Assembly: GCF_006345805.1 (NCBI RefSeq)
Contig: NW_021832434.1
Span: forward strand, 1 to 64,000
From: Octopus sinensis
Lineage: Eukaryota
DNA: 64,000 bases
Direction: 5' to 3'
Positions 22,185 to 30,500 of the stretch are shown here, one piece after another. The notes under the pieces were generated by a model, which ran no database searches, was not told the origin of the DNA, and worked only from the letters and a program-made list of their open reading frames with translations. Numbering within the stretch: position 1 is the stretch's first letter; each line of letters opens with the position of its first letter. Made by a program: the position numbers and the translations under genes.

Positions 22185-24058
22185 CATATAAAGCATCTGC
22201 AGTAATGTACAAATGTCTGGAAAGCGAACAGTGTATGAGTCAGATACATGCTTGTGTGTGTATGGAGGGGAGAAAATCAAGTGTAGTGTTGGCGAATCTC
22301 AGGAAGCATGGAAGTTTCAAAGGATGCAGTGCTCCGACAACTAACAACTGGTGCCGGCAGTCTGTTCCATGGTTCAGCAACTCTCAGTGTGAAAAAATGT
22401 TTCCTGAAGTCATGGGAGCTGTGCTGTTTTCTTACTTTGTAAACATGTCCACGGGTGTTAGACGGGTGGAGTTTGAAAAAGGTGCTCAGTGTTATTGTTG
22501 GTACGATCTTCTAGGACAAGGCTTGTCTTCTAGGTTACAGTTTCTGGCTTGGAATTTCTGGAACCACCACAGACATTGGCTTACACTTATTGTCCAATCC
22601 CAATACACTGCATTAATATTCCTCCCACTTTGCCTTACGTTGTACCCTTTATTGAATTCCTTAAAGCAAAATATGCCGAATATGGTCCTTTGTCACTTCC
22701 ATTGTGGCTTTGAAAAAATAACTGTTAAAATTGATCTGCACTCTTCAAAGGTTGCACTAAGAATAAGTACAAGGCAAAATTACTACTTGCTTTTATAGCA
22801 AGTTGATGCAGGTGGTTTATAAGGCAGCGAGCTGGCAGAAATGTTAGCACACCGGGCAAAATGCTTAGCGGTATTTTGTCTGCTGTTACGTTCTGAGTTC
22901 AAATTCCTTTCATCCTTTCAGGGTCGATAAATTAAGTACCAGCTACGCACTGGGGTCGATGTAATCGACTTAATCCGTTTGTCTGTCCTTGTTTGTCCCT
23001 TCTATGTTTAGCCCCTTGTGGGTACTAAAGAAATAGGTATTTCGTCTGCCGTTACGTTCTGAGTTCAGATCCGCCCAGGTCGACTTTGCCTTTCATCCTT
23101 TCGGGGTTGATTAAATAAATACCAGTTTCGCACTGGGGTCGATATAATCGACTTAATCCATTTGTCTGTCCTTGTTTGTCCCTTCTATGTTTAGCCCCTT
23201 GTGGGTAGTAAAGAAATAGGTTTATCCCTTTCTCCTCTGGCTTTTAGTTCATGCAACTGAAAACACTGCATTATTTATGGGATGACCCAATAAGGGAGAC
23301 TTCTTTATAGTAGCTAGACATGGTAGATATAGCAGCCAAATCTTCCTTGAATCACACCCTACTGTCTTAATGTATGTATAAGCCAATGAGGAGCTAAACC
23401 TAAGAGGAATTGCAAACAAATTACCCTCAAATTATGCCTCCTTGTCTTAAGGAAAAAGGAAGAAACATTGTAGTAGTCCAAAATGGGATGGTCATGTTGG
23501 GAACGTCTTTGATCAAAGGGCTGCTCAACCAAGGTTGACAACGACAATTTGCACACACTCTCTCTCTCTCTATTTCAAGTCTTAAGGAAAAAGGAAGAAA
23601 CATTAGATATTGTAGTAGTCCAAAATGGGGTGGTCATGTTGGGAACGTCTTTGATCAATAGGGCTGCTCATACAAGGTTGACAACAACAATTTGCACACT
23701 CTCTCTCTCTCTCTATTTCAAGTCTTAAGGAAAAAGGAAGAAACATTAGATATTGTAGTAGTCCAAAATGGGGTGGTCATGTTGGGAACGTCTTTGATCA
23801 ATAGGGCTGCTCAACCAAGGTTGACAACAACAATTTGCACACACTCACACTCAATCGTTCTCACTCTTTCTCTCTCTCTTTCTCTATTTCCAGTCTAAAA
23901 CTAACCTCGAGTATTTAACGGAACATCGTAAGTGTCACTCACAGTTCACTGACACGGCTGACTACCGTCGCCACAATTTGAACACCTGGCAAAATGACTC
24001 CGGAATCTATGCAAAGCCACGGAAACCTAAAGAGAAGACACTTGAAGGCTTCATGTAG
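9112..24058 (+). CDS. CFAP95: CFAP95 (C9orf135)-like ciliary microtubule inner protein, 5 coding exons (9112-9191, 13739-13840, 16982-17106, 21312-21441, 23894-24058); 1-nt frameshift in exon 2
   Basis: Spliced peptide carries, in order, motifs I recall from human C9orf135: YSPYVLQSSW (YSKPVLVYSW), RMGFPKDYD (REAFPKGYD), SAYKRLGTD (STYRRLGTD), RDTGAPEEGFGSLLPHH (RVTGLPATGFGAVFPRH), HRKCHSQFTD..LNTWQNDSGIYA (HRKCRSQFTD..INTWHDESGIYA). All introns are GT-AG. An in-frame TGA lies upstream of the ATG at 9091-9093. Confidence 0.85.
9207..9653. repeat. Inverted repeat, about 100-bp arms (9207-9309, 9559-9653)
   Basis: TCTAGTAGACCTTTCCGTC..ATATGGGCTTGCGGGAACTTTTGAAGTAAT and reverse complement. Confidence 0.85.
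9753..10939. mobile_element. Palindromic non-autonomous DNA element (MITE-like) with 6-bp TSD, interrupted by a SINE
   Basis: About 380-bp inverted arms starting GGGATCTTTTCCTTTTGAAC; AGACCA on both flanks; internal (TAACCC)n. Confidence 0.8.
10469..10863 (+). mobile_element. SINE family 1 (nested in MITE)
   Basis: GGCGCAGGAGTGGCTGTGTGG start; B-box region deleted. Confidence 0.85.
11221..11618 (+). mobile_element. SINE family 1
   Basis: Full head and tail. Confidence 0.85.
12360..13705. repeat. Degenerate (ACC/ACT/ATC)n tract with higher-order unit of about 66-81 bp
   Basis: Recurrent ATGACCATTATCACCACTACAACAACCATTATCACCACAACCTCTACTACC.. Confidence 0.9.
13739..13840 (+). CDS. CFAP95: CFAP95-like exon 2 (frameshifted as assembled)
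   Basis: Acceptor TTTTTTTTACAG; (W)DKTRMGFPKDYDIK, then -1 frame ..ISVHRSAYKRLGTDDL; donor GTATGT. Length is 102 nt but flanking phases require 3n+1. Confidence 0.75.
14894..15240. repeat. 347-bp palindrome (about 163-bp arms, 21-nt loop)
   Basis: Arms 14894-15056 and 15078-15240 near-perfectly complementary. Confidence 0.9.
15243..15606 (-). mobile_element. SINE family 1 (5' truncated)
   Basis: Reverse complement of consensus. Confidence 0.85.
15646..16043 (+). mobile_element. SINE family 1
   Basis: Inverted relative to the 15243-15606 copy. Confidence 0.85.
16238..16330 (+). ncRNA. Hammerhead-like motif with long stem II
   Basis: CTGATGA 16245-16251; GTGCT/AGTAC stem II extended by a TGTTGTAA/TTACAACA hairpin; GAAAC-GATT-GTA; first stem I pair mismatched. 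Confidence 0.45.
16385..16571. mobile_element. Small MITE-like element
   Basis: 41-bp TIRs TTGCAGC(A/G)TGGAAGGTGTTTGTAAGCCATT(T/C)AAGAAACACA. Confidence 0.65.
16982..17106 (+). CDS. CFAP95: CFAP95-like exon 3
   Basis: Acceptor TTCCTTATTCCAG; EFPKTSYQEQCQQLALKPFCEQLSRPAPMMNESSFAYLPWQ+AG; donor GTGATG; phase 0 to 2. Confidence 0.75.
17305..17866 (-). mobile_element. Internally deleted Tc1-like DNA transposon
   Basis: About 26-bp TIRs (CACTTGCGTCGGAAATTAATTAGCAC / GTGCTAATTAATTTCTGACGGTAGTG), TA on both sides; remnants TMKHGGGGLMV*G and QSPDLNPIENLW. Confidence 0.8.
18098..19368 (-). mobile_element. Full-length mariner element with defective transposase (ATG 19184 to stop 18173)
   Basis: About 30-bp TIRs TCAGGTCA(C/T)CCCA(T/A)AAGTTCTGTCCGA with TA TSD; 1271 bp; motifs MEVSKEHLRHIMLYEYKKG, WVPH, VTGDEK*, HPPYSPDLPPSDYHL; stops and frameshifts. 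Confidence 0.9.
19594..19670 (+). ncRNA. Type I hammerhead motif, copy 1 of 315-bp tandem
   Basis: Stem I GUUUCA/UGGAAC, CUGAUGA 19606-19612, GAAA 19642-19645, stem III AUCAC-AG-GUGAU, AUC site at 19657; A.C mismatch at base of stem II. Confidence 0.55.
19909..19985 (+). ncRNA. Type I hammerhead motif, copy 2 of 315-bp tandem
   Basis: Identical to copy 1; CUGAUGA 19921-19927, site at 19972. Confidence 0.55.
20210..20580 (-). pseudogene. Possible N-terminal HTH fragment of another IS630-Tc1-mariner transposase
   Basis: MARRRGEQISERDRLAILLRYQ..ICNAFQVDRNIPARIY.. resembles transposase HTH N-termini; no catalytic domain seen. Confidence 0.35.
21312..21441 (+). CDS. CFAP95: CFAP95-like exon 4
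   Basis: Acceptor CTCTTTGCAG; (R)DTGAPEEGFGSLLPHHSKPHPKNYFQTFYNINYTPPFSYDPQP; donor GTCAGT; phase 2 to 0. Confidence 0.85.
22180..22508 (-). mobile_element. CR1-type LINE 3' fragment (same family as 5.5-7.3 kb array)
   Basis: Reverse complement of [29 protein letters not shown] plus 3' UTR. Confidence 0.75.
22821..23218 (+). mobile_element. SINE family 2, dimer
   Basis: Same junction AAGAAATAG|GTATTTCGTC; GGTTTAT duplication on both flanks. Confidence 0.8.
23446..23899 (+). repeat. Triple tandem duplication (about 140 bp) ending in the CFAP95 last-exon acceptor
   Basis: Units 23446-23586, 23587-23728, 23729-23899. Confidence 0.85.
23894..24058 (+). CDS. CFAP95: CFAP95-like last exon
   Basis: Acceptor CTCTATTTCCAG; SKTNLEYLTEHRKCHSQFTDTADYRRHNLNTWQNDSGIYAKPRKPKEKTLEGFM, stop TAG. 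Confidence 0.85.
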   Translation, partial: SKTNLEYLTEHRKCHSQFTDTADYRRHNLNTWQNDSGIYAKPRKPKEKTLEGFM

Positions 24059-24175
24059 TGGTGTGAATCCTTCTCCAACGATGAGCTAAACTGCAACATT
24101 CAGGGACGATGGAGTGTTGCTGTGTGTCTATTTTGTTTTATGGTAGTCAAAAGAGCATTTTTTGGTTTTTGGTTA

Positions 24176-24181
24176 AATAAA
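24176..24181 (+). terminator. Candidate poly(A) signal of CFAP95-like gene
   Basis: AATAAA 118 nt after the stop codon, with U-rich context upstream. Confidence 0.45.
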
Positions 24182-24469
24182 ATCCTTTATATACCTTTCA
24201 CCTTTTATTTGTGTCTGAGGGCGCTGGGTGCTTTTTATGTGCCGTTAGCATGGGTGCATTTATGCAACATTGTCTTGTGAAGACCCGTTGAGGCAAGTGA
24301 GAATCAGAATCAAAATCGAAATCGATCAACATCAATGGAAGTTGTAGCTGTGAAACCAGTGCCAGTGGCACATAAGTGAACCAGTCATGCAATGGGATCA
24401 ATGTAATCAACTTAATCCCTTCCCCACAAATTTGAGGCCTTCTGCTTTCAGCAGAAATGATTATTATTA

Positions 24470-24762
24470 TCTTTATATATAAAATTGAAGTTGTGTGAGA
24501 GTCTGTCTCCTCCGATTTAGATTCCTTACTACTCCCACATTTTGTGGTGCAGCTTAACCGAAAGCGGGTATCTAATAGTCGTGATTCATATCGAGCCCTT
24601 CTGGGTATTAGCACGCGTCTACGATGAGTCTACGATTTAAAAAAAATTTACCATCATTTTTCTGCATTTTTCGCTCGGTTTATATAAGGAAAGTAACTCT
24701 CTAAAAATGCTTATATAGTTATTTCCCTTACAAACCCGAGCAACGCCGGGCGATACTGCTAG
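24470..24762 (+). mobile_element. Non-autonomous Helitron-like element
   Basis: A|TC..CTAG|T boundaries, subterminal hairpin CCCG-AGCAACGC-CGGG, no TSD. Confidence 0.7.
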
Positions 24763-25108
24763 TTATTATTATAAAGGCAGCAAGCTGGCAGAATCGTAGC
24801 ATACTGGGCGAAATGCTTTGTGGTATTTTGTCTGCCGTTACGTTCTGAGTTCATGTTCCGCCGAGGTGGATTTTGCCCTTCATTCTTTTGGGGTCGTTTA
24901 ACGTCTGCTTTCCATGCTAGCATGGGTTGGACGATTTGACTGAGGACTGGCGAACCAGATGGCTGCACCAGGCTCCAGTCTTGATCTGGCAGAGTTTCTA
25001 CAGCTGGATACCCTTCCTAATGCGAAATCTTACATCTATTTTCTTTCTTCCACCTCACTCTCTATTTGTATCACATCGAAACTATGACTTAATTTTTCCT
25101 CTCACACT

Positions 25109-25160
25109 GTCTCTGATGAAGGGATATTGTTAATTAATATCCTAGAAACAGCTGTAAGAC
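25109..25160 (+). ncRNA. Minimal hammerhead-like motif
   Basis: GTCT-CTGATGA-A-GGGATATT..AATATCCT-A-GAAAC-AGCT-GTA-AGAC; palindromic stem III; non-canonical base of stem II. Confidence 0.45.
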
Positions 25161-25238
25161 CTTCTATCTATAAATGCTCTAATACCTACACAGCCTTGGT
25201 TTTTATCTTATTACGCAAAAAATTCTTATATAACCATA

Positions 25239-25648
25239 GGCGCAGGAGTGGCTGTGTGGTAAGTAGCTTGTTTACCAACCACATGGTTCCGGGTTCATTC
25301 CCACTGCGGGGCACCTTGGGCAAGTGTCTTCTATTAAAGCCTCGGGCCGACCAAAGCCTTGTGAGTGGAATTGGTAGACGGAAACTGAAAGAAGCCTGTC
25401 GTATATGTGTATATATATATATATATATGTGCGTGTGTGTTTGTGTGTCTGTGTTTGTACCCCTAGCATCGCTTAACAACCGATGTTGGTGTGTTTACGT
25501 CCCCGTCACTTAGCGGTTCGGCAAAAGAGACCGATAGAATAAGTACTGGGCTTACAAAAGTCCCGGGGTCGATTTGCTCGATTAAAAGGCGGTGCTCCAG
25601 CATGGCCGCAGTCAAATGACTGAAACAAGAAAAAGAGAAAGAGAGAGA
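25239..25648 (+). mobile_element. SINE family 1
   Basis: Full length, about 230 nt beyond the laminin stop codon. Confidence 0.85.
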
Positions 25649-25878
25649 GTAAATAATCAAACATCGTTAATACTTTGCCCTTAATTATTTTTATTCTTTT
25701 CTTTTTTTCCTAGCTTTGCATTTTTTTCTTGATCTTTGCATTTTTTCCTATCTTTTATTATTATTTTTTATTCATCGTATTTCATTTCTTTTTCTTCCTT
25801 TTTTTTTTTCCCTCATTTCATTTACTTCTTCGTTTTCTTCTTTTTCCTCTTTGTCGTATCCACTGCTGCACGTCGTTC

Positions 25879-26021
25879 CTATATCGTGGGGCAGAACCCA
25901 AACTTGAGGTCTCCCGACGGTTCCCCAGCTGCCAGTACATGGGCCTTATTATTCAGCTTCACGTTGCGTATGCAGCCTACGTACGGACTAGTGGCCTGGA
26001 CATCCTTCCATTTAACTCCAG
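25879..26021 (-). CDS. LanA: Laminin alpha terminal coding exon
   Basis: [47 protein letters not shown], stop TAG; CAG acceptor. Confidence 0.9.
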
Positions 26022-26503
26022 CTGGAACGGCAAACAAAAGGGAATTGATAAATAAAAACAGATATCACCATCATCATCATCATTATCATCACCAACATGT
26101 ACACACACACACACACATACACATACACACACACATAGACACGTGGCCAAGTGGTAAGGGTGTTGCATTCACGATTACCTGGTCATGGGTTCAGTCCCCA
26201 GACCAGGCAGTGCATTGTGGTCCTTTCATTTCATGTTGCTCCAACCCCACTTTCGACCGGAGGAGAATGTCGGTCAGCTTGCCTAACCAGCAGGGTGGGG
26301 TTGTGCGATGGCTAAAACTATGCAAAAATGCACTGTGACCAGTGATGTGTAACAACATCTGATAGTTTGGTTGGTTGTGTGGTCACATGACTTATACATA
26401 AAAATATACATGCATACATACATACACACGTACACATATATATATGTATACACACACACACACATTTATATACACATAAACATATACATACCTAGATACA
26501 CAC

Positions 26504-26540
<37 letters not shown>

Positions 26541-27249
26541 CATATATATATATACATACATATATAAATACATACATATATATATACATACATATATATA
26601 TACATACATATACATATATACATTCATATACATATATATACATTCATATACATATATATACATTCATATATATATATATACATTCATATATATATATATT
26701 AATAGTGAGAATTTACAAAAAATAAAAGATGAAAACAGGTGTGTAAACAACAAATAGATGTATTAGTTTAATGCTCGGGAAGTGAGAAAGTCTTTTACGT
26801 TTCGAGCCTATGCTCTTCGACAGAAAGGAGCACAGAAATAAACAGGGAGAGAAAATAGAAAAAGATGTATTGGCTAGCGATCTATCATGGTGAATGCTGG
26901 ACAGATACATACATATATAAATATATATAACTAATGTAGGATAAAATTTTTTTCGGGAAAAAAATTTTATCAATGGCCAGCATATCAAAGTTCTGCTCGG
27001 GACTTGGTGCTTGCTTTTTCCATGGGTATGAGTAAGTATTTCACTTATATCTCGTGTATTTGCCGCTGAAGAGGGGAAAATTTCTTACGAATTAACCCTG
27101 AAATTGGACGATTTGGTAATAATGAATTTTTTAGAGATTTCTATCGGTTTGTTTCGAGACGCATAAATTATAATGGTTTATTGACAATTATTGTCTTTTT
27201 TTCGGCATATTTGGCATCAGAATTTTTCTTTTGCCCTTATCGTGTAAAT

Positions 27250-27299
<50 letters not shown>

Positions 27300-27363
27300 A
27301 TACATACATATGCATGCACACACACAGACACACATTTATATATACACATACATATATATATAC

Positions 27364-27401
<38 letters not shown>

Positions 27402-27452
27402 CATACATGTGTATATATATATACGTGTGTATATATATATATATATATATAC

Positions 27453-27504
<52 letters not shown>

Positions 27505-27553
27505 CATACATGTGTATATATATATATATATATATAATACATACATATGCATG

Positions 27554-27586
<33 letters not shown>

Positions 27587-30500
27587 CACACAGAGGCCCA
27601 TGCGCAAGTGTTGCAATGTATCAACTGTTTCAGTGACACACAGATTAGCACTGTATTCGGTTGCAACATCCTTTCCAAATGACCACCGCTTTGAAATGTA
27701 GTAAATCCACTTACCTGGGACTCCACCAATGTAGAGGGGATGATTGGTGTCTGCAGAAGAGGCCCCTACTTTACCTTTGCCAACAGGGAACTCTTTACCG
27801 TCCACTTCTAGGGTGGCCAGGGTTTTGGACTTGCCCACTGGTTGAGGGAGAGAGAGAGAGAAAGAGAGTGAGACTTTGAGTGAGAGTGAAGGAGGGTGTG
27901 TGTGTGTTTGTATGGAAGGTTGATGTATTATGTGCAAGTGAAAGACAGCGAGAGTGTGAGTGTGCGCGAGAGGTCGAGTGAGGGAGAAGGTGGATAGGTG
28001 CATGTGTGTTTTAGGTAGATGTATTATGTGCATGAGAGAGAGAGGGGGGAATGAGTGTGAGGTTGTGTGAGAGAGAGAATGAGTGTGAGTGAGGTTGAGA
28101 GAAGGTGAATGTGTGTATGTCTAATGTGTGTGAAAGAGAGAGAGAGAGAGAGGGAGGGAGAGAGGGAGAGTGCAAGTTTGAAGGAGCAAGAGAGGTTGGG
28201 GGGGGTGAGAGAGAAAGTGGATGTGTGTGCGTGTGTGAAAGAGAGAGAGAGAGACGGACAGAGATTGAGTGCGAGTAAGGGAGGGAGGGAGGGAGAACAA
28301 GAGAGCATGCTGGAGAGGGTGGATGTGAGTGAATAGTCAGTGAGAGAGACAGAGAGATTGAGTGCAAGTGAGGGAGGGAGGTAGGATGAGAGAGCCTGAT
28401 GGAGAGAGTGGATGTGAGTGAATGGTCAGAGAGAGAGAAAGAGAGAGAGAGGGAGAGAGAGAAACAGAGGGAGAGAGAGACAGAGATTGAGTGTGAGTGA
28501 GGAAGGGAGGTAGGACGAGAGAGGCTGATGGAGAGGGTGGTTGTGAGTGAATGGTCAGAGAGAGAGGGAGAGGGAGAGACGGAGGGAGAGAGAGATTGAG
28601 TGCGAGTGAGGGAGGGAGGTAGGACGAGAGAGCCTGATGGAGAGGGTGGCTGTGAGTGAATGGTCACGGTGAGTGAAGGTGTTGTAATCACTAGGAGAGA
28701 AGAAAGTGAATGAATTTATCAGAGAAAACTTGTGAAAGCAGGGACTGACCTTTAATCCGGTGCCACTGACCATTACAGATCTGATTATTTCGTCCCGGTT
28801 GACTGACTGTTGAAATAATGCCCATACCATTATCAAAGGACAGCTGAACCTGGATGAAGAGGATGAAGAGAGGGATGTAGTAGAGAGTTAATTACGATGG
28901 AAATCAATTTTGAAATTACGTTTGTAATTAACCGTTTAAGCCTTCATCTTATTCTGCCCAATATAAATTCTTCGTTATCCAAATTGTTTTGAATTAATCA
29001 GGGATTATCTCCCACCTTCAAGACTTCATTGATGTGATTGTTTATTTTTAGAATGACATTGTAGGGTAGGTGTAAGAGGCCGACTCTGGCCAGTTTGAAC
29101 ACAACATCATCATCATCATCATCTTCATCATTTAGCGTCCGCTTTCCATGATAGCATGGGTTGGACGGTTCAACTGGGGTCTGGGAAGCCCTAAGGCTGA
29201 ACCAGGCTCCAGTCTGATCTGGCAGAGTTTCTACGGCTGGATGCCCTTCCTAACGCCAAACACTCCATGAGTGTAGTGGGTGCTTTTTACGTGCCACCGA
29301 CACAGGTGCCAGACGAGGCTGGTGAACAGCCATGCTCAGATGGTGCTTTTTATGTGCCACCGGCACGGAGGCCAGGCCAGGCTGGCGAACGGCCACGCTC
29401 GGATGGTGCTTTTTACGTGCCACCGGCACGGAGGCCAGGCGAGGCTGGCGAACGGCCACGATCGGATGGTGTTTGTCAAGTGCCACCGGCACGGAGGCCA
29501 GTCGATGCGGTGCTGGCTACGGCCACGTTCAGATGGTTCTCTTACGTGCCGATTGTTTATTTTCAGAATGACATTGTAGGGTAGGTGTAAGAGGCTGACT
29601 CTGGCCAGTTTGATCACAACACTAATAGAATTACTGAGCCTGGTCTGGCAAGTTGAAATGTTAAAGAGTTAAAAGTAAAATAAGACTAAGAAATACTTCA
29701 ACTCTTTAGTGTTCATATTACTCTGTCAAATGTAATGCTTATTTATTACTTCTTCCTTAGCAAAGGCAGAGGTATTGTTTTTCAGTGGTGTTGGTATGTT
29801 TGTGGACAAGATATCTCAAGAACCACCGGATGGATTCAGGTGAAACTTTCAGGGATATTTGGCCTCGTGACTGGCACAAACTGATTAGATTTTAGGATCG
29901 ATCCGTTACTGGACAAGGATTCTAGACTATTTTTCCCTATTTGTTTTTTTCCTTAATTTTTGAGAGCGATCGGGTTCACTTTTAGTTTTCTCGTTTGTGA
30001 GAGCAGCCAAGTTTATTTCAGATATTCTCATTTTAAAAATGATCTCTGGTTAATTATTGGGAGGACATTGGTGTTAAGTTAAGTTAAGTTAATTTTTTTG
30101 GCTCAAAAAGCAAAAAGCAAGGCCATGTAGGGGGACATGGAGTTATGTACAGGGAGGGTGTTCATGCAAAGAGTTCAGGCCATTTGTGGTCAAGGGAGAC
30201 TTTGAACCGAGCGGTCGTCGGCATCTTCACTATCTCGTCCGGCAGCTTATTCCATGGATCCACAACCCGGACGGAGAAAGCCCCTCTCCTTCGATTGAGA
30301 TGAAATCGTCGTAGATAGAGCTTTTTGGAGTGACCCTGCAGCCGACGCTCTGGAGCAGGAGTGAAGAACAGCTCTTTCGAGATGTTACACTTTCTGCTTA
30401 TGATGTTGTGAGCAAGAATGAGATCACCACGGCGTCGTCGTTTTTCTAGAGAATAAAGGTCGAGTGTCTTCAGCCTTTCTTCATAAGTCAAATGCTTGAG

